From Azolla caroliniana (lineage: Eukaryota > Plantae > Polypodiophyta): 64,000 bases of DNA. How positions within the stretch are numbered: position 1 is the stretch's first letter; each line of letters starts with the position of its first letter. Location of the stretch: positions 24,428,001-24,492,000 of the forward strand of contig JBHGNT010000001.1 of assembly GCA_043228905.1 (NCBI GenBank), given 5' to 3'. Shown here in pieces: positions 23,731-34,990 of the stretch. A program made the translations under genes and the position numbers. The notes beneath the pieces are model-generated. The model did not search any database. It was given only the letters and a program-made list of their open reading frames with translations, and was not told the origin of the DNA.

Positions 23731-26700
23731 TGTAAGAAATCAAGCAATAACACAATAGGTAGGAAGAAGATAACAGGGAGAGAGAGAGATATCAAGAACC
23801 AACAGTTGTATTTCTCACGTCATATGAATTGTAGTTACAATGTGTATATATAAGAGAAAGGGTAGTTACAAAACGTTTTATAAATGAGGGGTATTTAAGG
23901 AATATTTATTTATTACTTTATTTATCATAATATGTTTTATTTTTACTCCTAATATTATACTTTATTTTATATTCTAACACCCCCCCATAAAATAAAGTGT
24001 TTATTTTTCTTTGTTGATCTTACTAATACTAAGACCAATTTTATTACAACAATTCCAATGTTTTTGTTGTGGTACTGGCTTCGTCAAATAATCCGCCCAC
24101 ATTGTTGTAGTAGATGTATAATGTAAAGACATTTCTTTTGCTTCTACCAACTCTCGAATAAAATGATGTCATGCTCTTATATGTTTATTTTGATCCGTGA
24201 TCTTTGGATTAATAGCTAGCTTAATGCATGATTGATTATTGCAAAATACTTTGACTTCATTAAGCTTTATGATGTCGAGCTCCTCAATGATCGTCTTTAT
24301 CCACAAGCCTTCTTTCGCCGTTAGTGCCGCCGCAACATATTCCACTTCGGTGCTACAAAGAGCCACAGATACTTGACGTTTGGTTCTCCATGCAATTGCC
24401 CCATCAGCAAATGTGAAAACCATACCAAATGTTGAGCGGGAGGTATCAAGATCCCCCCCCAATCCGAATCCGTCCAACCGACTAATGGTGTTTGGAGCCA
24501 ACCATTAAGTTGGGACGAATTCCTAGATTGGAAAGACTTGTATGTGAGACCGATGTCTTTAGTGTATTGTAGATAGCGAAGAACTCGCTTTAAAGCATTC
24601 CAATGAGCTATTCCGGGATTCTGCATAAATCTAGAAAGAAAACCAGCTGAGTAAGACAAATCCGGACGTGTACAACTCACAAGATACCTTATACTTCCAA
24701 GGATTTGTCGATAAGGAAGTGTTTTCATGAGTTGCTCTTCTTCCACGGTCTTTGGACTATCATTGGATGATAGTTTGCATGGTACGGTCATTGGTGTTGC
24801 AATAGGTTTACAATCGGACATCTCGAACTTGTGAAGAATTTCTTCGACCAACTTCCGTTGTGACATAGTAAGTGTGCCTTCCGTCCTATTCCTTGTTACC
24901 TTGATACCAAGGCAATACTCTAGTGGTCCAAGGTCTTTGACGGGAAACTTCTCCTTGAGTTGATTTATTGCCTTTCGCATTGAAGTAGTAGAGTTAGAGG
25001 CAATTGGCAAATCATCCACATACACACCAATTATCACATAGTCACTTCCTTTGTTACGAATGTAAAGATTTGGTTCGGCTTGAAGATGCCGAAAATTAAT
25101 AGACATAAGAAATGTATGGAGCTTGTGATGCCACATTCGTGGAGATTGTTTCAAACCATACAATGACTTATGAAGCTTACAAACATACTTTGGGAATTTT
25201 GAATCTTCAAAAAATGGCGGTTGTTGCATGAATATTTCTTCATTTAATTCACCATGTAAAAATGCGGTTTTGAAATCCAAGTGGTGAAGTTCGAGATTAA
25301 AACCGGCCGAAAAAGCAAGCATGGATCGTAATGGAACCATTTTTAGTGTTGGCGCAAATGTTTCTTTAAAATCCACACAAGGAATTTGTGAAAAACCACG
25401 AGCGACGACACAAGCTTTATATCTCGTCACTACACCATGTGCATCCTTCTTCTTCGTAAGTACCCACTTACTAGATATGACATTGCGATTCTTTGGTCGT
25501 GGCACCAAAGTCCATGTTCTATTTCGCATGAGTGCATCCATCTCTGTTTGCATCGCCGACTTCCACATTTCACTCTCGGAACCATTAAGGGCTGGTTTTG
25601 GAGTGAGATTTATATCTTCAAGTGGAATATCACTGTCATCATCTTCAAACTCGTCAATAGGCTCCGGTCCCAAATCGGCCATAAGTGCTTCGAATGGACG
25701 GGTGGCTTCCATAATTTCGTAAATATTACGAAATTTTTGCTTGATTGGCTGCAGTTGATCATCAAAATCTTCATTTGTTGGGTAAGTGTCGAGTGGAGAA
25801 GAAACTATATTGACATCAGGTGATGTATTTGGTGTGGAACCTATATGTGGGTGAGTTAAAGATAGTTGAGAACTATTAGATACACTATGGCTTGTGTTTA
25901 TAGGTATGAATTGAATAGGCGTGGCTGGGTTAGAGGGTGTTAAAGAATGACGTTGAGCAACGAGTTGCTCAACTGAATTGGAAAAGCGGGAAGAGTTGGC
26001 GCGCTCCAAAACCGTGTCTCCAGCTATAAAAGAACTCGCTCCACCTCCCGAGTCCTTGCTTCTTCTCTGTCATGGCGTTTCCTTCTGCTCCAATGCTTTG
26101 CCGCCACCGCCATCTTGCTGCAAATCGACCTTCTCCTGCTGTTGGTCGTGCTGTCGATGACCACAATGTTGCTGCATATTCGCCCGTTTATCACAAGGTT
26201 ATTGATCCGCTTGCTAATTATACTTGTGATCATTAGAATGTTGATTGCGTAGTTGATTATTTTGATGATTGCGCTGCTGATTATGTTGCTGATCAGGAGG
26301 TCCCTGATCGTGTTGCTGATCGTGATGCTGATAATGAGGTTGCTGATTCTGCTGTTGATGGTCGTGCTGCAGGTCGTTCTGGTCATGGCTGAGCCGATTT
26401 TGAGGGTGGCCCACCTGCTCATCATGAAGTTGATCGTCACTCTGATTTTGTGGGGAATGCTGAATTTGTGGAGGATGATCATGCCTATCATGTCGAAAAT
26501 GATCACTTTCATGTGGCTTCATTAGAAATGTTGATCCGGGGGAGCAATGAATGAATTCGACTTCTTCATTCTGTCTTCTTTCAGGATTTTTCCTTCGCCA
26601 TCGACTTCCATCTCTGTTAGCCACCTTTTCTAAATCTTTCACCAATATATCTTTATAAGTTTTGCGATTTTGATGATCTTTCTTTTCATTATCTTTAGTC

Positions 26701-27792
26701 TGCATGTTGTGTACGTCTTCATTTCGTATGTGATCGTGTAAATATTCTTTGTATGGTGATCTTAATCCTTTCTCGTTAGGGTATGTCGGATTATTGTACA
26801 AGTAATGAGTTACTCCTACATCCTCATCTTCTTGTAGAACATCTGCATGTTTTTTATTTTGAAACTACTTCGAGAAACTCCTTGTGATCGGACCACCATA
26901 ATTTTCTATTTGGGAAATATTTGGAGTAATTAGATCATTAATCCTTAAATTTTGTTTTAAATTGCGTACCTCAAGTTGTTTTTGTTGCTCAAGTACACTA
27001 ATCTCATCAAAGATGACTGATCGGCTATAGAAAAACTTTTGTGTATGAGGATCAAATAACTTGTATGCTTTAACTCCAGAAGCTTCACCATATCCAGTAA
27101 AAATGCATTTTCTTGTGTGTGGGTCTAATTTCTTCCTTTTATCTGCAGGTACATGACTATAAGCAATCGAATCAAACACTCGGAGATGACCAAGGTTAGG
27201 TTTATGCTTAAACCAAAGTGAATATGGTGTTTGAAGACCAAGTATCTTATGTGGAGATCGATTTTGCAGGTAAGATGCAGTCGCAACTACTTCTTGCCAA
27301 AATTGAAGAGGCAATCCAACTACTTGAATCATACTTCGACATGCATCTAGGAGGGTTTGATTCTTGCGCTCAGCTACACCATTCTATTGCGGGTTGTATG
27401 GTACAGTATGCTCATGTCTTATTCCATTTTCTACACAAAAACTCTTCCATTCATCACTGAAGTACTCCCCTCCATTGTCGGTACGAATAGTTGAGATTTT
27501 AAGTTGACATTGATTTTCTACATATACTTTGCAACTTGTAAATGCATTGTATGCTCCAGATTTCTTCTTAAGAAAATATAAGACTGTGAATCTAGTCAAG
27601 TCATCTATAAATGAGATAAAATACTTGTTACCATCTATTGATACAGATTGTATAGGTCCACATAAGTCAGAATGAATGAGTTATAGTGGTCTTTCTGTCC
27701 TTTTCTGTTTGCTTATTGGAAACTTTTTGTTGAGTCGATGATGCCAAAGCATTGTAGGGTCAATATGTGACGTGCCTGACGCAAAGAGGGCT
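23731..27792 (-). mobile_element. AT-rich Copia element, 5'-truncated: pre-integrase, INT, long linker, RT, RH, PPT and ~250-bp 3' LTR (23731-23979)
   Basis: LWHHRL, HSDLCGP, RTDNGGEY, LYGLKQSPR, YVDDL, KHI; G7 PPT at 23980-23986 followed by TGTTAGAAT. Confidence 0.88.
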
Positions 27793-28832
27793 TGTATAAG
27801 AGTTTTATCCATCATTACTTTGGTAATGATTGCCGACGGCCTGAGCGTTGCCATCGTCTCAATAAAAGAGGGCAAAAAGATGTGGACAGCAGTGGCACAA
27901 TGGCTCACTTTGTTAGCACCATCGATGGAGCCCACGAAACAAGAGAGTATACGCGGGAGAGACAGAGAGAGCAGAACGTAAGCGTAGATTCAAAAAAATG
28001 AAAATACTCTATAACTCTATGTATACAACGTGCTAAACAACACTATTTATACATGTCCATAAAGGACTGACAGAAGTACTGACAAGTACTTCAATATTCC
28101 TAGGCTTCCGTTTCCCACTCGAATTCGGCTCTCCGATCCGTCTCCCCGATCCGGCTGGTTGTTTCGGGATACCGATCCGGCTCATCCTTCTGTATGTCGA
28201 TCCGGCTCAGGCTTCTTCAGCCGATCCGGATCCAATTGAGGTTGCTCGCTCAACACTCCCCCTCAAGCTCAACTTGAGGTCAGATCGTGGTGATAGTGTC
28301 TGTGGCAGCCGGTTCTTCTACGCGGCTCCTTCTGGTATTGTTCCGCCTTGCTTGCACTCCTCGTCCGGTCCGGTCCTGTTTGCCGCAACGATTTTGGTTC
28401 TGCGCACCTCGACCTCCTCGGTCGGCTTGTCTGCTCAACATGCCCATTTCAGCTCCCTCACTGTTGTGACTCCGGCGCTTGTTGACCCATTAGTTCCTTC
28501 GTGTTGGCGTCGACTTCCGTTGTGCCTGTGTCCGTTTGGCCTTTAGTTGATCCGACTTCTCCGAATCTTGAACAGAATCAGTTTCCTTCGATTCGTTCCT
28601 GCTCTTGTCCGAATCGGTCGCTCCCGATTCGTTTCAGCTCTTGTCCGAGTTGGTGTTCTCCAACTCTTCTTCCGGTTTCAGGCCCTTCACCATATCAGAC
28701 CATGTCCGGGTCTTGGTCTGCTCCTTCTAGTCAGCCCTGTCCTTCTTGACTCTGCCGCCGCTACCGCTCATTCCGACTTGTTCGGACATGCCGACTTCTT
28801 TCGTCGACTCGGCTTCCTTTTTCCTCTCACCA
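27793..28832 (-). mobile_element. Copia family X 3' end: extension ORF, PPT and LTR (~27793-28255)
   Basis: Minus strand cttgagggggagTGTTGAG; homologous to 29711-30134; left LTR boundary uncertain. Confidence 0.75.
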
Positions 28833-28916
28833 GGTCTTCTGTAGCCGGGTCTTCCACATCCGGTTCATCAGCACTGTTCTTCTCACTTCCCATCCGGAGG
28901 GACCTGTCTCCCAACA
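28833..28916 (-). repeat. Short terminal fragment of the Tork-like Copia LTR
   Basis: gcactgttcttctcacttcccatccggagggacctgtctcccaaca matches LTR ends at 322, 34980 and 39919. Confidence 0.85.
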
Positions 28917-29044
28917 AATCCTTAGGGTCAGACAATGGCCTAACACAGGGTGTCTCCGGAAGACACTTCACCAAAGGGGTGTTATGGCGAGATAACTTAA
29001 GACACAACGATTAATCCGACTTAATTGGCTACTTAGCAATAAGG

Positions 29045-30134
29045 CATTCACTAGGTGTGCAGTACCTCGATACACCGAACTTGAGGGGGAGAAACGAGAG
29101 GAATGAGAGAGATGGGCAAACCGAAAAACAAAATCGCGCCGAGGAAGACGACTAGGAAGCCGAGTCAAATACTGATTTCGATTTTGGCCCGACTGAAGAA
29201 GTCTGAGTGCACAGGTCAGCTGAAGAAATCGAGACCGGATGTAGGGGGAGCCAGTGGAACGGAAAGCCCAAGCCGGAGCCAACCAAAAAAGGGGCATGCA
29301 AAGCCAGAAAGAATGAGACACGGATGTGGTCCAATGTCGTGAAGGGTCTCAAGATTGAGGACGAATTGGAGATAACCAATTCGGACAAGATCTGGAACGA
29401 ATCGGAGGAGCTGGATCAAGTGAAGGCCAAACGAACGAGGAGGTAGCGGAAGTCGACACCGACACGGAGGAACCGATGGGCCGAGACACGCCGGAGTCAT
29501 AATAGCATAGGAGCTGAGATGGGCCTTCTGAGCAGACAAGCCGACCGAGAAGGCCGAGTTGCGCGGGACCAGACGAGTCGTGGAAAGCGAAACCGGATGG
29601 GTCAAGGAGCGCTAGCAGGGCGAGAGGATGCCAGGGGGAGCCGGAGGATAGGATCGGCTACCACTGACACTGACACCACGATCCAACCCGAAGCTGAGCT
29701 TGAGGGGGAGTGTTGAGCTGACAAGCTCAACCGGATCGAGATTGGCTGAACAAGCTAGAGCCGGATTAGAGTCCAGAATGAAGAACCGGATCGGTGTCCG
29801 GATGGTATCTAGAACCAAGAGCCGGATCGGATTGTAACCGATAGGTCATTAGAGGCCTACGAATCTAGCCTAGTACGTAGGCATATTTTTAGGAGTCAGT
29901 GTCAATCACTCGTATGAGCATTGAAGTACTTATTAGTCCTTTTGAGGACTTGTATAAAAGTGCTCATAGAGCACATTGTATGTACATAGTGTTATTATTT
30001 TGAATTAAGTTTATGTTGTTCTACTCTAACTCTGTCTCTCTCTCTTGTGTAAAGTTTCAATTAAACCTGTGTCTGTATTCTGTTGCTATCCGGGTGAGCC
30101 AGCTTTGACTTAGCTCCGCACATTATCTTTTACA
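29045..30134 (+). mobile_element. Copia family X 3' end: RH end, extension, PPT and LTR 29711-30134
   Basis: LGVQYLDTPNLRG; ETRMWSNVVKGL; IQPEAELEGEC*; LTR TGTTGAG...cttttACA. Confidence 0.85.
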
Positions 30135-32177
30135 AGAAGCTATGGCCGCACCGGACGCTGATACATGGCTACAAGCCATGAAATCCGAAATGGACTCGAC
30201 TCACAGGAATCAGACATGGGAGCTGGTTGAACTACCAATTGGAAGAAAGTCGTTACCTAGCAAATAGGTTTTTCGATACAAATATGTATCTAACTCAAAG
30301 AAACCCAAGTACAAAGCTCGGTTTGTCGCGAAAGGGTTCAAACAAGAACAGGGGGTCGACTATGACGAGATATTCTCACCAGTAGTCAAGATGGCCACCC
30401 TTTGACTCTTACTAGGAGGTGTGGCGACAGAAGATCTAGAGCTTGAGCAGATGGATGTAAAGACAACATTCCTACACGGAGATCTAGAAGAAGACATTTA
30501 CATTTCTCAACCAGCAAGGTTCACAACGACGGGGGAGGACAGCCACCTCGTATGTCGATAAAAAACATGTCTATATGGCTTGAAACAAGCGCTAAGGATG
30601 TCGATACCATAAGTTCGACTCCTACATCATGCAGCTTGGATACCGTCGATCAGACTCCGACCCATGCATGTACATTCGGCAACTAGCTGATGAGTCCAGC
30701 ATTTACCTGATCTTGTACGTCGATGACATGTTGATTGCAAGAAGCAATCAAGCAAAGATCAGAAAGCTGAAGCGGAGCCTTCATGACAAGTTCACGATGA
30801 AGGAACTCGGACAAGCCCGTCACATACTGGGCATGAGGATCGAACGAAATCGGACAACCAAGACTCTCCGACTCTCCCAATTCGACTATATCAGGAAGGT
30901 GATGAAGCGCTTCAACATGGAGAATGCAAAGCCAGCACCAACACCACTTCCAACGTCGATCCGATTATCATACAAAGACTCTCTTTCAATAGACAAGGAG
31001 CGAGAGAGCTTAATTAAAAGATGCCCTACTTATCGGCCGTAGGAAGTATCATGTACACAATGGTGGTGACCTGACCCAACCTAGCCTATGAGGTAGGGGT
31101 GGTCAGCCGGTACATGTCGAATCCAAGATGGAAGCATTGGGAGGTCGTCACGCACATCTTCAAGTACCTAAGAGGGACAGAAGATACATACGTGATTTTC
31201 AGATTGACAACCTCAACCGAAGTTGAAGGCTACACTGACTCCGACTATGCCGGAAATATGGACAATCGGAAGTCAACATAAGGCTACATCTTCACCTATG
31301 GTGGTGGTGCGATATCATGGAGGTCGAAACTTCAAGAGTTCACGGCCATGTCAACCACAGAGGCCGAGTACATAACAGCATCAGAGGCAGCGAAGGAAGC
31401 AATCTGGCTGCACCGACTGACTACTGATTTTTCAGACACAAACGGAATTAGCCGACAAGGATCGACCATCTATTGTTACTCATAGAGCACAATTCACCTC
31501 ATCAACAATCTCGTCTATCACGTAAAGACAAAGCATATTTAGGTGCGGTATCATCACATCCGAGAGCTCATAACCAAGAAGAAGCTCAAAGTCTGGAAGA
31601 TCAACACCGAGGTGAACATCGTTGATTGCCTGACGAAACCACTCCCAGATCAACGCTTCGGAGCACTAAGGACTAGAATGGAACAATGACAATCCATCGA
31701 GCAGAAGAAAACCGAACGAGGAGCAAAAGGTAAGAGTTGATTGAATTAATCATGATAAGGAGCCAGGCTAGGCTCGACACAGACCTCACCTCTGCTGATT
31801 CGATATGCCAACCGACTTGTAACATAAATTTAGATTAGTTTTGTAATCTAGGTTTACGGGGGAGATAACCCCAAACACATGTACATGTAGGAAAGAGTAG
31901 TCCTTTCATGGGGGAGTTTGTTGGCATAAAAGGCCGACTCCTTCCACCTTGTATCCTAGTGTGAACTCGTCCAAAAAGTTAGGGCTTAGTATATAAGCAA
32001 TAACCTAACATTGTAAAGACATAGACTCTGGATCATCTTGTACATTGAGTCTTAGAGAGAGAGAGAGAGAGAGAGAAAGAATGCAATAACATAGCTTCCA
32101 TTAAAGCTTCAATTGTGCATATCTACTGTCTATACTCTTGCCATTCTTATTGTGTTGTATTCCGAGCTTAACCGACA
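30135..32177 (+). mobile_element. Degenerate Copia 3' half (RT, RH, PPT, LTR 31919-32177)
   Basis: [44 protein letters not shown]; gggggagtt PPT; TGTTGG...CCGACA. Confidence 0.85.
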
Positions 32178-34628
32178 GTTCCTCACATACGTTTCCGCAC
32201 GCATATCCAATCCACACCAGCCCTTCGGATTTCATTCGAAGATGAACAAGTCGGCAATGTGCCGACTCAAGAAGTCTCTTTACGGCCTGAAGCAAAGCCC
32301 CTCGTGCTTGGAATTCGAAGATCACGCACCGGTTGCGTAAGATGGGGTTTGCAGCCTCGAAGTCCAACTCGTCATTGTTCATCCGGAAAGGTCCGGACAG
32401 TTCGGTATGTATCCTACTCTACATGGATGATCTAGTCATCATCGGACCCGGACTCGTTGAAATCGACCGCATGAAGTCCCAAGTGTCAAACGCTTTCGAA
32501 ATGAAGGACTTGTGGGATCTTCATTACTTCCTCAGGATCGAAGTGATCCATACCCTCGATGGCATATTGTTGTCCCAAAGACATTACATGTTGAATATGT
32601 TGTTCAAGTTCGGCATGCCCGATTGCCGACCAGTCTCTACACTTCTGAACCAGAAACCTGAAGCTTCGTCCCGACTTCGAACCAACCTGCAATGAGCAAC
32701 AGTTTAGACAAAATGTTAGAAGCCTTATTTATTTAACGATCACCTGACTCGACATTAGCTATCCCGTCGGAGCGATCAATCAATTCATGCAGAAGACAAC
32801 CGTGGATCACCTTCATTCTGCACACCGAATATTGAGTTATGTTAGTAGCACTAAGGACCAGGGACTGTTATACCCGAGAAGCTAGTCAAATATACAGATG
32901 CCGACTGGGTCGGTGATGCGTCGAATCGACGGTCAACATCTGGTTTCATGTTTTCTGTAGGTAGCGTAGTTGTTGTGTGGAGCAACAAGAAGCAGCCGAC
33001 AGTGGCTCTTTCGAGCACTAAGGCTAAGTATCGGGGCGCTACCGTTGCCACCTGTGAAGCCATTTGGCTTCGGAGGCTATTGCAAGACCTCTAGATCAAA
33101 GTATCGACTCCGATCCCGATCTACTATGATAACATGAGTAGCATGCAACTGGCCAAGAACCCCATGTTCTATGCTCGAACAAAGCACATAGAAGTGCATT
33201 ATCACTTTGTGCGCGAGCGGGTCCTAAGCGGTAAAGTCGAACTCTGATATGTCCAAATGGATCATCAGGCTGCCGACAAGTTGCAGCATTTTTCGGAGAT
33301 GCTTAGTCTTCAGCATCTCGACATGCCACACTTGAGGGGGAGAAAGGAGGAAACAAGAAATGGCACCTGATGAGCAACCAAAGAGAAGGAAACAAATGAA
33401 GCAGGGGTAGACAAGAAGAAAAGGACTGAAGAAGTCGGCACATCCGATAAAGTCGGAACAAGCGGCGACGGCGGCAGGGTCAAGAAGGACAGAGCCGACC
33501 GGAATGAGAAGGCCAAGACTCGGGCATGGTCTAACGTGGTGAAGGGCCTAAAGGTAAAAGACGAATTGGAGACAACCAATTTGGACAAGAGCTGGAATGA
33601 ATTGGAGTCACCCGATTCGGAAGAGCTGCTTGATTCGAAGGAGCCAGATCAACTAAAGGCCAAATGGATGAGGAGGCAACGAAAGTCGACACCAACACAG
33701 AGGAACCGACGTGTCGAGACGCGCCGAAATCGCAACAACAAAGGAGCTGAGATGGACCTTATGAGCAGACAGGTTGATCGAGAAGGTCGAGGTGCGCGGG
33801 ACCGGACGGGTCAAGGAGCGCAACAAAGGCGGGAAGATGCCAGGAGGAGCCTGAGGATAGGACCGGTGGACACACATACCGATCCAACCTCAAGTTGAGC
33901 TTGAGGGGGAGTGTTGAGTGGGCAAGCTCAACCAGATCCGGATCGGCTGAATAAGCCAGAGCCGCATCAGTATCCAGAACGGAGAATCAAATAGGTATCC
34001 GAATATATCGGTATCTGGAACCTAGAGCTGGACCGGAAAATTGGATCGTACTCCGGAATGGTGAGAACCGGTAGGCCGTTGGAGCTTATGGTCCAAGCCT
34101 AGTATGTAGGCATATTCCTTGGAGTTAGTGTCAGTTGCTCGTATGAGCATTGAAGTATTTGTCAGTACTTCTGTCATGACGGGAACTCAACGCTCCTTAT
34201 GCGCAATGCTCGGTCACAACCGAGCTTAAAATCATACACAGAAAACAGGAAGTGAAACACACGACACAAAGAGGAGAAGAGTGCACAGGATGTTTACGTG
34301 GAAAACCCAAGGAGGGAAAAACCACGGCAGCCCACAGGCTGCAAACTATCACTATGCTAGAATGTACAACAATGAGTTCACGAAGGCAACGACCTCGTGC
34401 TCACGATCCTCGCCACAGGCGGCGGTTACAATCAGAGGCAACGACCTCTTCCTCTCTCTCTTACTCTCTGTACACTGTTACGCACTCTGATCTCGCGTAG
34501 ACAAGAATAACAACAACAACAGTAACTAAAAGTTTGCCCTAAGTCATATTTATACTAATATGACTTTTCGGCTATTTACAAATATAGCCACGATGGACTC
34601 TCAGAAACATATTTACGAATATGTCTCT

Positions 34629-34898
34629 TCATCCGGTTCTCACCGGGTCTGCAACATCCGGCTCTCCGTAGCCGGGTACTCCTCATCCGGTTCTCACCGG
34701 GTCTGCAACATCCGGCTCTCCGTAGCCGGGTACTACTCATCTGGTTCTCACCGGGTCTGCACCATCCAGCTCTCCATAGCCGGGTACTCCTCATCCGGTT
34801 CTCACCGGGTCTGCACCATCCGGCTCTCCGTAGCCGGGTACTCCTCATCCGGTTCTCACCGGGTCTGCACCATCCGGTTTTCCGTAGCCGGGTACTCC
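34629..34898. repeat. 54-bp tandem array, 5 units, in U3 of the 3' LTR
   Basis: Unit tcatccggttctcaccgggtctgca(a/c)catccggctctccgtagccgggtactcc. Confidence 0.95.
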
Positions 34899-34990
34899 TC
34901 ATTCGGTTTCGGCCTCGGCCGAGTTTGTTCATCGGCACTGTTCTTCTCCCTTCCCATCTGGAGAGACCTGTCTCCCAACAAACTCCCCCT

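Noticed and set aside
34629-34898. CRISPR-like regular repeats
   Set aside because: Head-to-tail units with no unique spacers and no cas genes; eukaryotic LTR context.
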